Assembly (NCBI GenBank): GCA_043800255.1
Contig: JAZDNF010000013.1
Coordinates: forward strand, 150,474 to 214,473
Origin: Candidatus Altiarchaeota archaeon
Lineage (GTDB): Archaea; Altiarchaeota; Altiarchaeia; IMC4; SCGC-AAA252-I15
Reading direction: 5' to 3'
DNA length: 64,000 bases
Under the pieces are notes generated by a model, which saw nothing but the letters and a program-made list of their open reading frames with translations, was not told where the DNA came from and made no database searches. Made by a program: the position numbers and the translations under genes. Shown piece by piece: positions 18,318 to 27,929 of this stretch (the stretch's first letter is position 1; every line of letters begins with the position of its first letter).

Positions 18318-19545
18318 CCTCCACGGTAATTTTTCTGGCGCCCTTCAACTCCCCCTCCAGTCTGAGCCTCACCATCTCAGCAGGATTCATCCGTTTATAC
18401 AGCCGCCTGCAGACGACCTTTCCATCAGCTTTGACCACCACAATCCTGTCCTTGGAAGGCCTCTCCACCCTGAAGAAGAGGACATTATCTTCAAGCCTCC
18501 GCAGCCTATGAGGCACCACATACCTGACTCCTGCCGAAGCATCAACCAGTATATCATAGGGCTTATCCAGCCCGCCTTTGGAGTATAATGCCGCTGACCT
18601 GCCGGCAACCTCAGCCTCCAGGGACGCGTAGTCAGCTATGTCATGGACATGCAGGACGTTCCCGCATGAGAAAATCCCGCTGACGGACGTCTCATAGGAG
18701 TCGTCCACAATTGGGCCGCCTGTAACGCTGTCAAGGAGAATGCCGGCGCCCTCAGACAGCTCGTTCTCAGGTATGAGGCCCACGGACAGCAGAAGAGTGT
18801 CGCATTTAATCTTCCTCTCAGTCGCAGGTATTGGCTTAATGCCGTCAACTCTGGCGATGGTGACAGCAGCAACTCTGTCTCTGCCGTGGATTCCAGTCAC
18901 AGTATGCCCTAAGAGCAACGGGATGTTGTAGTCTTCAAGGCACTGGACGATGTTCCTCGGCAGGCCGCTGCTGTAAGGCAACAGTTCGACGACAGCCTTC
19001 ACATTGCAGCCTTCAAGAGTAAGCCGCCTGGCCATAATCAGGCCAACATCGCCAGAACCGATGATGACGACTTCCTTCCCGGGGAGCTTGCCCTGCAAAT
19101 TAATCAAATTCTGGACGACGCCGGCAGTGTAGACGCCCGCAGGCCGCGTCCCAGGAATGCAGAGCATCCCCCTCGTCCGCTCCCTGCAGCCCATGGCGAG
19201 GATGATGGACTTCGCCCTCACCTGCGACAGACCAGCTCTGTTGCAGAAGGTGATTATCTTATTTTTTCCGATGCTGAGAACCGTCGTGTCAAGGAGAATG
19301 TCAACCTTTTCAGACTCGACAAGGTCAGCGTACTTTTGCGCGTACTCAGGGCCTGTGAGATCTTCCTTGAACAATTCCAACCCGAAGCCGGTGTGGATGC
19401 ACTGGTTGAGTATGCCGCCCAGGCGGGAGTTCCGCTCAACTATCAGAACCTTCTCTACTCCACTCTTCTTGGCTGACACCGCAGCCGCCATCCCAGCCGG
19501 GCCGCCCCCGATGACGGCAACATCGACGGACTTCACCTGGACCAC
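18301..19545 (-). CDS. NAD(P)/FAD-dependent oxidoreductase (pyridine nucleotide-disulfide type)
   Basis: 414 aa. Two dinucleotide-binding motifs, VAVIGGGPAGMAAA and VVIIGSGDVGL. Confidence 0.7.
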   Translation of the reverse strand: MVQVKSVDVAVIGGGPAGMAAAVSAKKSGVEKVLIVERNSRLGGILNQCIHTGFGLELFKEDLTGPEYAQKYADLVESEKVDILLDTTVLSIGKNKIITFCNRAGLSQVRAKSIILAMGCRERTRGMLCIPGTRPAGVYTAGVVQNLINLQGKLPGKEVVIIGSGDVGLIMARRLTLEGCNVKAVVELLPYSSGLPRNIVQCLEDYNIPLLLGHTVTGIHGRDRVAAVTIARVDGIKPIPATERKIKCDTLLLSVGLIPENELSEGAGILLDSVTGGPIVDDSYETSVSGIFSCGNVLHVHDIADYASLEAEVAGRSAALYSKGGLDKPYDILVDASAGVRYVVPHRLRRLEDNVLFFRVERPSKDRIVVVKADGKVVCRRLYKRMNPAEMVRLRLEGELKGARKITVEVEGGV

Positions 19546-20975
19546 CCTGTGAACAACTCCGAACCTTCGCCCTTGAGGGTGACCTCGTCGAGTGGGACTC
19601 CCAGTTCATCATAGATTTTCGCAATCCGGGGAATGCAGACTCCGCCCTGACACCTGCCCATCAGCACCCGGGCACGGTACTTTAGGCCCTTCAATGTTCT
19701 GACGCCAAGAGGATTGTTCAACGCCCGGATTACCTCAGCCTTTGACACATTCTCGCACCTGCAGACAACCTCCCCATAGGCTGGGTTCCTCCTGATGAGG
19801 GCTGCCTTCTCCCTGGAAGAGAGTTCATCAAACCTCTTAGGAACTCTCCTGACCGGGTTGAACTTCCGGTTAGGCTTCAGCTTCCTGCCCTCTCGGATAA
19901 TCTCCAAAACCTTCCCAGCTATCACCGGCGCGGCAGTCAAGGCCGGCGATTCCATGCCGAACAGGTTGATGAAACAGTCAGGCTTCTCCTGTATCACGAA
20001 ATCGCCCTTCACCTTAGAGTCTGATGGCACTATCCTGGACCTCATGCCAGAGTAGCCGCGGATAACATCCTTCTTGGATATGCTAGGAACCAGATACTGC
20101 GCGCCAACGATAAGCTCATCCACCTTAGAGGACGTCAACCTCACATCATCCTTGTCTCTCACGTATTCTGCAGTCGGCCCCAGCAGGAGATTGCCCTCCA
20201 ATGTTGGGGTGATGTGGACGCCAACCTCGCCGAGGCCCTTAGGCATCACAGGATACACCATCGAGCTCACAAGATTCCTCCGCTTCTTGTCCAGTATGAG
20301 ATACTCACCCCTGCACGGGTAAACCGTGTGGCTACTTTTGCCGATCATCCCCGCTATCCTGTCAGCATAGAGGCCGGCGCTGTTCACAACATACTCTGAA
20401 ATGAAACTTCCCGCAGCAGTCTTAAGTTTGAAACCATGAGAGGTTTGTCGTATGTCCTTGACTTCAGAATCCAGCATAACCTTAACGCCGTTGGCAACTG
20501 CATTCTCAGCTAATGCGATGGTCAAAAGGTAAGGCGTCACAATGCCGCCGGAAGATGCCAGCAGGCCGGCAACTCCGTGCACATTAGGCTCCCGCCTAGA
20601 GAGCTCCCGCTTGGAGAGGAGAATTACCCTCTCAATCCCTATCCTGTCAGCAGCTTCCCCCATCTTCTCAAGACTTCGGACCTCAGACTCCTCAGTTGCG
20701 ATGATAACAGTGCCAACCCTCCTGAACGGAACGCTCAAATCCTTGCAAATTTTTGGGAACAACCTATTGCCCAGTCGACTGTATTCGGCCTTCAAACTGC
20801 CAGGCTCCTCCTTGAAGCCGGAATGTACGACACCAGAATTCGCGCCCGAAGTCCCACAGGAGACATCAGCCTCCTTTTCTAAAAGAAGAACCCTCAACCG
20901 GTACCGGGACAACTCCCTGGCAACAAAACAACCAACCACCCCACCACCAATCACGGTAACATCAAAAGATTGCAT
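19533..20975 (-). CDS. FAD-dependent oxidoreductase (GlpA / L-2-hydroxyglutarate oxidase-like) with a C-terminal BFD-like [2Fe-2S] domain
   Basis: 480 aa. VTVIGGGVVGCFVAREL. C-terminal CRCENVSKAEV…CQGGVC cysteine cluster. Confidence 0.7.
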   Translation of the reverse strand: MQSFDVTVIGGGVVGCFVARELSRYRLRVLLLEKEADVSCGTSGANSGVVHSGFKEEPGSLKAEYSRLGNRLFPKICKDLSVPFRRVGTVIIATEESEVRSLEKMGEAADRIGIERVILLSKRELSRREPNVHGVAGLLASSGGIVTPYLLTIALAENAVANGVKVMLDSEVKDIRQTSHGFKLKTAAGSFISEYVVNSAGLYADRIAGMIGKSSHTVYPCRGEYLILDKKRRNLVSSMVYPVMPKGLGEVGVHITPTLEGNLLLGPTAEYVRDKDDVRLTSSKVDELIVGAQYLVPSISKKDVIRGYSGMRSRIVPSDSKVKGDFVIQEKPDCFINLFGMESPALTAAPVIAGKVLEIIREGRKLKPNRKFNPVRRVPKRFDELSSREKAALIRRNPAYGEVVCRCENVSKAEVIRALNNPLGVRTLKGLKYRARVLMGRCQGGVCIPRIAKIYDELGVPLDEVTLKGEGSELFTGWSR

Positions 20976-21076
20976 AAAGGATAAAAAATGCGATTTGAGG
21001 TATAAATTGAACGCCAGAAAAGGTATTTTTAATGCTGTATTCCCTATTTTGTTTTATTTTGTGGGGTGGTATTGGG

Positions 21077-22627
21077 ATGAAAAAGGTTGGGATATTCTTT
21101 GTTCTTGTTTTGTTGGAAGTAAATTTGGTTTCCGCTGCAGTGACTGGAGACGACCCGTTCCTTAGCACTGGAACGGAATTTCTCGCCATAAGATGGGACG
21201 ACAACCACAAATACAAATACGGGCCATACTACTACCACCATCCGATGATAATGCCGCTCTTCAACAGCACGAACATTTACGTCGACGCCAACGATGACGG
21301 CGTCTGGGAGTACAAGCACACGAAAAACGCCGGCGAGTGGCTGAGCTTCGAAGTCCTTCCCCTCCCGGGGCTGATCAACCCCGGGGCTAGAATACACTCA
21401 GACAAGCCGGTAATCTACAAACAATACCTCAGGATGTACAGCCACAGCTGCGGCTGGGCTTGCGCATATTACGTAGACAGTGAATCCATAGTCCCGCCGC
21501 TGAACAGCCTGCGAAACGAATACTTCATATACAATGGGGAGTGGACTATCGTCCCACAACAGAGCATAACTGTCAACGTGGACATGGGCAACGACGGAAC
21601 AGTGGATAACACAATCAGCGCCCCCAAACTCATCAAGACTCTGGTTACAATCCCCACCGGCAGTTTCGCGAGAGTCTACTCCAATGGCTCATTCTACCTG
21701 TACAACACAATCGGGGTTGTAGGGCCAGCATCTTCCGACTTTTACATCCAAGATGAGAACGTATCAAAGCTCGTGGTGACAGAAGACGATACGCTGGTGG
21801 AAATAGACTTTAACAACGATGGACACTATGACAACAGCTCAAATTACAGCAGGGGAGTCTACGGCCTGCTCCAGTTGAACAACGGAGCGCATCTGCACTC
21901 GAACAAGCCTGTGACAGTTTACGTCTACGAGGGAGAATACGCCCTACCCAGCACCATGATAGGCAGCGACGTGTGGAGCACAGGCCACAATTACGTTGTA
22001 GGATTGTTCGACAACACAACATTCCACGCCGACGATCTACTGGAAAACAACCTCGCTCCGGAATTGGACGACACAGTAGACGCCAACGTGGAGAAACCGT
22101 CAGCAGGCCCGTTCCAGAACAACCAAAAACACGTCTGGTCTGACAAGCCGCTCATATCAAAGTACTATTACAGGGACGAGGCGCACATCCTCGGCCCATA
22201 CTCTGCGATTTCCACAGCAACGCACGGATTGCAGAAGTACTTGGGCGCGGAGGAGATAACAACAATTGAGACGCGTGTTTTCAACCCCTTCGCGGACACG
22301 ACAGCATACAATCTCACGCTGAACTTCAGAATCCCGCCCGGATTCACACTGCCTTTGGGGAACTCTCTCGAGGTTTCAATCCAGAAAAAGGTTCTGATGA
22401 ACGACAGCATAACAGAGAGTGAAACGGTCACCGTCAACCCGACATACTCCGCGGGCGAGTACATCGTCACACTCTCACGCTCAGACTCTGCCATCTTAGG
22501 AACTCTTGAGCCGATGGCCTATTTGAACGTCCAGTATCAGGTTGTGACACCATCAGCCTACGGAACATTCGAGTTCGATTCCGTGATTTTAGGCTATGAG
22601 GCTGAAACCTGGAACATGCCGGAATAA
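21077..22627 (+). CDS. Secreted protein of unknown function
   Basis: Start at MKKVGIFFVLVLLEVNLVSA (signal peptide). 516 aa hydrophilic, beta-rich, with many N-glycosylation sequons. Confidence 0.5.
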   Translation: MKKVGIFFVLVLLEVNLVSAAVTGDDPFLSTGTEFLAIRWDDNHKYKYGPYYYHHPMIMPLFNSTNIYVDANDDGVWEYKHTKNAGEWLSFEVLPLPGLINPGARIHSDKPVIYKQYLRMYSHSCGWACAYYVDSESIVPPLNSLRNEYFIYNGEWTIVPQQSITVNVDMGNDGTVDNTISAPKLIKTLVTIPTGSFARVYSNGSFYLYNTIGVVGPASSDFYIQDENVSKLVVTEDDTLVEIDFNNDGHYDNSSNYSRGVYGLLQLNNGAHLHSNKPVTVYVYEGEYALPSTMIGSDVWSTGHNYVVGLFDNTTFHADDLLENNLAPELDDTVDANVEKPSAGPFQNNQKHVWSDKPLISKYYYRDEAHILGPYSAISTATHGLQKYLGAEEITTIETRVFNPFADTTAYNLTLNFRIPPGFTLPLGNSLEVSIQKKVLMNDSITESETVTVNPTYSAGEYIVTLSRSDSAILGTLEPMAYLNVQYQVVTPSAYGTFEFDSVILGYEAETWNMPE

Positions 22628-22631
22628 CAGA

Positions 22632-24794
22632 ATGAGAAGGCATTCTATCCTCGCCCTGCTTGTGTTGGCAGCAGTCGCAGTCAGCCAGCCGGCTAACGTC
22701 AGCCTCCAGCCTGCCTTAGAGGTTGGACCGCACCAGGCATATTCCGCCCCCTTCGGACTTCCAACCTTCGATCCGATGAATCCTCTCTCAATCCTCACGA
22801 CGCCGCATTCCCTCCTCTCTGCATCCTTCTCGCAGATTGCGTTCTTGAGACTGAGCAGCCTATCCTCCAGCTCCGAAGGGCACGCAACAGAATCCTCTGA
22901 CGCCACGATAAAAACAGCACCATACTATGACTGCAACACACTCAACAACGGCATAATATCAGAGAACACAACACTGGACGCTGACTTCAACTCCAACGGA
23001 ACCTGCTTCACCCTCTCAGCGGACAACGTAACTTTAGACTGCAACAACCACACAGTCTACGGCTTAGGGAATGCGGGAATTCTTGTGAACAACAGAGACT
23101 ACGTCAGCATCAGAAACTGCAACCTGGTCGGGTTCGACTACGGAGTCTACATCCTGAACTCCGATTATGCAAATGTCCAGGACAATATAATCCATGCTAA
23201 CCTGTTTGACGTCTACTTCAACAACTCAAACCATTACACCCTCTCAGGCAACATAGCCTGCTTCGTCTACGGCAACTCCTCGGGGAACGGATGCGATGTC
23301 TCCTTAGAGTTCACAGGGCCGTTCGAATACAACGTCACCAGAGAGTTTGTGTCCCTCAGAGTCGGTGTCAAAAACACCGGCAACTACCAAGCCTCTGCGT
23401 ACGCAGACCTGGATCCGATAATCGATATCCCAATATCGTTCATAGGAGCAGGCGAAAAGTCCAATCCCGTGCCAGTCGGCGTGGGCGAGACCCGCAACTT
23501 CACAATAGGCTTGACCCTCTCAGACGCCCAAGAACTTAACTACTCGTTCCCCATCCGCATCCACTGGCGTGGCCTCACCATGGACTCCAAAACAGTCTCA
23601 ATCAACCTCCCCTCCTGGGACAGGTACAATCTCACAATCAGCCTCGGAGAAGCTGCCGAAACCTTCAGCATCGCATCCTCAACTCAACCATTACTGTGGA
23701 ACATCAGCATGCCCGACATCTCGAACGCGTCGAGCATCTGCATGAACTCGAAACAGACTGTGACAGTCACAAACACCGGCCTCGAACCGGTCTCAGACCT
23801 CAGCGTCCAGACCGTTGGAAACCTGAACCTCTACTTAGACAAGAGGGTCGAAAGTTTCAGGCTGGAACCGGGGCAGTCCATATCCTTTAATGCCTACGCG
23901 ATAGTAGACAATGAGACACCTCAAGTGAATGGGGGCGTGGAGGTATCAGGCGCCAGACTAGAGAGGAACGTGCAAGTAGACTATAATCCACCAGCCGGCG
24001 GCGGAGAGTGGGCCCAGTGCAGGAACATATCAACAGACAGTTATGTGACAATACCAGTCCACCAGTTCGTGTGCGTGAACAAACCAACCTTCTGCGTTAC
24101 CATAGCACTGCCGTCCGACCTCGACCTGGACAGCATCAGCGAAGCGAGGATGAGGATGGGCTTCAGCAGCTCCTGCGGGGGAATCCAAGAGCATGACATG
24201 GACGTCTCATTGAACGGCGTTATAGTCCAGAGCTGGGAGGACAGCGTCCAGACCGGAGAATACGATTTCCCATTCTCCGCGGAACTTTTAGACTACGATA
24301 ACCAGGTATGCGGCGTCACATGGGACTACCAGGGGAGAGGCCACTGGTGCGCCAACGTGTACACGAGCATAACCGTCAGACTGCGAACTTATAGAACCTA
24401 CTGTGAGGACAAAACCTGCAACAAAACCGAAGACCATGAGACCGTCTTCAACGACGACCTTGACAGCGACTGCGACGGCTTCAAAGACTGCCAAGACCTG
24501 GACAGCTGCGGCAGCCCCCAATGCCCGCAAAACCTCTGGTGCCAGACCGAGGACTGCGACAACGGCTTAGACGACGATGGCAACGGACTAGTAGACTGGG
24601 AAGACACCATAAGCTGCCCCGGAAACTGCAACGACACCATACAAAACAGAGACGAAGAAGCCCCAGACTGCGGAGGACGATGCCCCCCATGCTGGACCAT
24701 AACAACCACAACAACCACAACCACGACAACAACAATACCCCAACCCAACCTCAAAATAACACCACAAGACATAACAATAAAGGTGAAACAATGA
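22632..24794 (+). CDS. Secreted surface protein with parallel beta-helix repeats, a MopE-like Cys/Asp-rich metal-binding motif and a poly-Thr linker
   Basis: Start at MRRHSILALLVLAAVAVS (signal peptide). NxxD/GxY beta-helix repeats (NCNLVGFDYGVYILNSDYANVQDNIIH). DCDNGLDDDGNGLVDWED…CPGNC. TITTTTTTTTTTT near the C-terminus. Confidence 0.55.
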   Translation: MRRHSILALLVLAAVAVSQPANVSLQPALEVGPHQAYSAPFGLPTFDPMNPLSILTTPHSLLSASFSQIAFLRLSSLSSSSEGHATESSDATIKTAPYYDCNTLNNGIISENTTLDADFNSNGTCFTLSADNVTLDCNNHTVYGLGNAGILVNNRDYVSIRNCNLVGFDYGVYILNSDYANVQDNIIHANLFDVYFNNSNHYTLSGNIACFVYGNSSGNGCDVSLEFTGPFEYNVTREFVSLRVGVKNTGNYQASAYADLDPIIDIPISFIGAGEKSNPVPVGVGETRNFTIGLTLSDAQELNYSFPIRIHWRGLTMDSKTVSINLPSWDRYNLTISLGEAAETFSIASSTQPLLWNISMPDISNASSICMNSKQTVTVTNTGLEPVSDLSVQTVGNLNLYLDKRVESFRLEPGQSISFNAYAIVDNETPQVNGGVEVSGARLERNVQVDYNPPAGGGEWAQCRNISTDSYVTIPVHQFVCVNKPTFCVTIALPSDLDLDSISEARMRMGFSSSCGGIQEHDMDVSLNGVIVQSWEDSVQTGEYDFPFSAELLDYDNQVCGVTWDYQGRGHWCANVYTSITVRLRTYRTYCEDKTCNKTEDHETVFNDDLDSDCDGFKDCQDLDSCGSPQCPQNLWCQTEDCDNGLDDDGNGLVDWEDTISCPGNCNDTIQNRDEEAPDCGGRCPPCWTITTTTTTTTTTTIPQPNLKITPQDITIKVKQ

Positions 24795-25072
24795 ACAAAC
24801 AAAAAACAACAAAAAGGGAATGGACGATAATAGGTGCTCTGATAGGGGGAGTGTGGGGGCTGACAAACTTCTTCACATACCCTATCAATAGCAATAATCT
24901 AGTACTAGATTACACCTTTGGATTTCCTATAAGAGCATCGGCGGTAATAAGGAGGATGACAAGTATCCATCCTGATTCAATTTTATCTCTTTTTATTATA
25001 CCCGCAGTCGTTGGTATTGTTGTTGGAGTAGGTATAGGGTCAATTTTTCAAAGATTTTATCGAAATGAATAG
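24791..25072 (+). CDS. Small membrane protein (possible split-off C-terminal anchor of the upstream surface protein)
   Basis: 93 aa. ATG overlaps the TGA of the upstream gene. Transmembrane helices WTIIGALIGGVWGL and LFIIPAVVGIVVGVGIG. Confidence 0.35.
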   Translation: MNKQKTTKREWTIIGALIGGVWGLTNFFTYPINSNNLVLDYTFGFPIRASAVIRRMTSIHPDSILSLFIIPAVVGIVVGVGIGSIFQRFYRNE

Positions 25073-27512
25073 GACATTAAAAGATAACTATTGGAGTAGG
25101 ACGCGTAGAGGATTGTTTAGAACTAAACTTATGACATTAATCGTAGTTATTTCTATTTGTCCACTACTCTCCACATCTGAGTGGTACGAAGGAGATCTCC
25201 ATATACATACAGGCTATAGTAGTAGAGAAGGTTACGATAAGAATCTCCAGACTGAAGGAGATAACTGCCCAAAGGAACTAATAACGGACCAAGGATATAC
25301 TCTTCAAGAATTAGAATCTCATAGCAAAGGTGTAGGACTCGATTGGATTACTGTGACAGATCATAGTTATTGCTTGGATGAATCTGAATGGGAAACCCTA
25401 AAATCCGAGTGTTCTGGACTTATTGATTCAGATTTCTTGTGCATTATTGGTCAAGAAGTTTCCGTAAAAGAGGATTGTACATCAAATGACTATGAAGGTG
25501 CATGTACCAGAGAATCTCTGTTTACTCCAAAGGGTGTAAGCCATCTGGGTGTTAGAGGTCATTCACAATTTATACAAACATCACCACCTAATGTTTGGTG
25601 TCCTGACAGCCCAGGACAACAAGAGACGATAAATTCGGTTAATTCAAGGGGAGGCGTAACCATCATAAACCATCCAAGCCACATCCAATACGACTGGGAA
25701 AGTAGCTCTTGTACTTCAGGCGAGACGGGAGTTGAGATATGGAACGGGGATACACCAGAACAGGATGACATCGAGTTCTGGAAATCCAGATTACTTCAAG
25801 GAGACCACCCATATGGATTTGGAGGTACTGATTCCCATGACGAACTGAACACAAAAGTATACACATCGTGTTATATGTTTTCTTTGTCGGAGTCTAATCT
25901 CCTATCGGCTTTGCATGGGGGGCGTTGTTTTGTTTCGAATTCTCATGAGGTTGAGACGAAACTTTTTAAGAACAAGGATTACACTGGGATGATGGGAGAC
26001 ACTGTGACTGCAAATTCTTATGATGAACTGGATTTTGACACTTACTGGACTCTGAAAGAGAATCCGACAACACCTAGACTCAGCATCTACGCCGGAAAAA
26101 TAGGTGACTCCCACGAGGATATGATATACTACAAACTCTTAACCGGAAGTTCGTCTGGGGGAGTTGGTCTTCCAATCTCACCAGATGATATGACATACTA
26201 TAGAGTAGAAATCCGCTCAATCGACCGCAAAAACACATTCTCCAATCCAATATGGGTTGAAATTGAAGACATAAACCCGGGAAAAACGCTGGAGATTTCC
26301 GCCACCGTCCATAATGTTGGTGATACTGATGCGTCGGATTTTGAGGTTAGGATACTGGATAACGCTGATGTGATTTACACTACTACGGTACCGTATCTGG
26401 CGGCTAACAGTTCCACCACTGTGAGCACAACGTGGACTGCAGAGTTGGGAGTGCACAACTTCCACGTGCAACTGGATAATCCGAACACTATAGCGGAATC
26501 GGACGAGTCGGACAACAGCGCCTTCAAAACCGTGACAGTCACGGAGACAGGGATAACAGTCAACCCCACCGGGAGGGCGTCGGCGGAAGTCACATACACC
26601 GAACCGGTTGAAGTGCAAATACAAGAGGTAAACGACCCAGGAGACACAGAGTATAGCATCGACAGATTCATAGAGTATACTGCCAACACAAGCTTCGAAG
26701 AAGCCACCATAAGGATAAACTACTCTGAAGAGGGGCTAGATGTGGACGAACGAACCCTGAGGATACACTACTGGAATGAAACTACCGACGAGTGGCAGCA
26801 GATAACCCGGAGCGGAGTCAACACGGATGATGATTACGTGTGGGCTGACGTAAACCACTTCTCGATTTACACAGCAATAGGGGAGAAAATGCCAGAGCTG
26901 ACGGTGAACCTCAGCGGAGACAACCAAACCGTGCCAGACAAGATGCTTCAGATAAAGACACAGATAGAAAATACAGGAGATGAAAACGCCAGCAACTTCA
27001 CAATAGAATACTACGACCTCTACAACAACACAAATGTCAGCAAGATAATGGAAACCACTATAAACAACCTAACACAACAAGAGCACATAATCCTAACCTT
27101 GAACTGGAACGACAACCGCACAGGAAACCACACCATATTCACGATAGTTGACAGCTTGGACGAGATAGAAGAAGTCGACGAATCGAACAACATCGGAATC
27201 CTTGAGGTCGAAATCCTAGACGATGAAGATAACGATTATGTTGCAGACATATACGACGAGTGTAATGGGACGGTGCTGCCTGAGGATATTGACCTACTAC
27301 CTAACCACTACGCAGATGTTGACGGAGACCGCACACTAGAAACAAACACCGGCAACAACAAAAAACCACAGATAGCTAACAGCAACATAACACTAACAGA
27401 CACCCGCGGATGCACATGCACACAAATACTCAAGCAAAAACCCGGAAAAGACAACGGAGAACTCAGACACGGGTGCACGAAAGGGACGACAGACAACTGG
27501 ATCAGACCATAA
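25065..27512 (+). CDS. Secreted PHP-domain phosphoesterase fused to CARDB-like domains
   Basis: 815 aa. N-terminal signal-anchor. Complete PHP motif set: DLHIHTGYS, TVTDHSY, GQEV, INHPSH, GGTDSHD. Two CARDB-like segments with NVGD/NTGD and ESDESDN/VDESNN. Confidence 0.6.
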   Translation: MNRTLKDNYWSRTRRGLFRTKLMTLIVVISICPLLSTSEWYEGDLHIHTGYSSREGYDKNLQTEGDNCPKELITDQGYTLQELESHSKGVGLDWITVTDHSYCLDESEWETLKSECSGLIDSDFLCIIGQEVSVKEDCTSNDYEGACTRESLFTPKGVSHLGVRGHSQFIQTSPPNVWCPDSPGQQETINSVNSRGGVTIINHPSHIQYDWESSSCTSGETGVEIWNGDTPEQDDIEFWKSRLLQGDHPYGFGGTDSHDELNTKVYTSCYMFSLSESNLLSALHGGRCFVSNSHEVETKLFKNKDYTGMMGDTVTANSYDELDFDTYWTLKENPTTPRLSIYAGKIGDSHEDMIYYKLLTGSSSGGVGLPISPDDMTYYRVEIRSIDRKNTFSNPIWVEIEDINPGKTLEISATVHNVGDTDASDFEVRILDNADVIYTTTVPYLAANSSTTVSTTWTAELGVHNFHVQLDNPNTIAESDESDNSAFKTVTVTETGITVNPTGRASAEVTYTEPVEVQIQEVNDPGDTEYSIDRFIEYTANTSFEEATIRINYSEEGLDVDERTLRIHYWNETTDEWQQITRSGVNTDDDYVWADVNHFSIYTAIGEKMPELTVNLSGDNQTVPDKMLQIKTQIENTGDENASNFTIEYYDLYNNTNVSKIMETTINNLTQQEHIILTLNWNDNRTGNHTIFTIVDSLDEIEEVDESNNIGILEVEILDDEDNDYVADIYDECNGTVLPEDIDLLPNHYADVDGDRTLETNTGNNKKPQIANSNITLTDTRGCTCTQILKQKPGKDNGELRHGCTKGTTDNWIRP

Positions 27513-27548
27513 AATGTCAGCCTTTTACTAACAACTATTAAGGTAGAC

Positions 27549-27929
27549 CTAACTTTTTTTCTCTATTATATTCTCGACCGCGTCTATGAATTTCCCCAAA
27601 TTATCAACCAAATCCCTAACTTCAATCTCATCCACATCCATTATAACCTGATAATCGCTTTTATCCCTCATGTTAGCGGCACGAGTCAGAATTTTTCCAT
27701 ATGTTTTATCTAACAAACCTTCCTTCACCACACACTCCCCAAATTTCCCGATAGCGCCAGCATGCGATTTCGTATCAACACCCAGACTCGTTAACAACGC
27801 CTTAGCTGCATGAAAAACAGAGTAATAAGCGCGGTTCGCAGCAGACCGAAACCTGTTCTGTTCTACCAAAAGGCGCGCATCATTCGCAAACTCACGCGAA
27901 AGCTTCAACTCCTCTCGGACTATTTCCAT
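27549..27929 (-). CDS. HEPN-domain protein (toxin of a HEPN/MNT pair)
   Basis: 126 aa. RSAANRAYYSVFHAAKALL region fits the HEPN R-x4-6-H motif. Confidence 0.7.
   Translation of the reverse strand: MEIVREELKLSREFANDARLLVEQNRFRSAANRAYYSVFHAAKALLTSLGVDTKSHAGAIGKFGECVVKEGLLDKTYGKILTRAANMRDKSDYQVIMDVDEIEVRDLVDNLGKFIDAVENIIEKKS

Noticed and set aside
20542-21165. 207-aa ORF antisense to the GlpA-like oxidoreductase
   Set aside because: It is embedded in a strongly supported minus-strand gene and has no motifs.
24521-24790. Arg/His-rich 90-aa N-terminal extension of the ORF 24521-25072
   Set aside because: It is an alternative-frame read-through of the surface-protein gene. Only the part from the ATG at 24791 (a transmembrane protein) is plausible.
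24398-24866. Minus-strand ORFs, including poly-Val stretches, antisense to the poly-Thr and Cys-rich region of the surface protein
   Set aside because: These are low-complexity translations of the ACA/ACC repeat on the opposite strand. They lie entirely inside a well-supported plus-strand gene.
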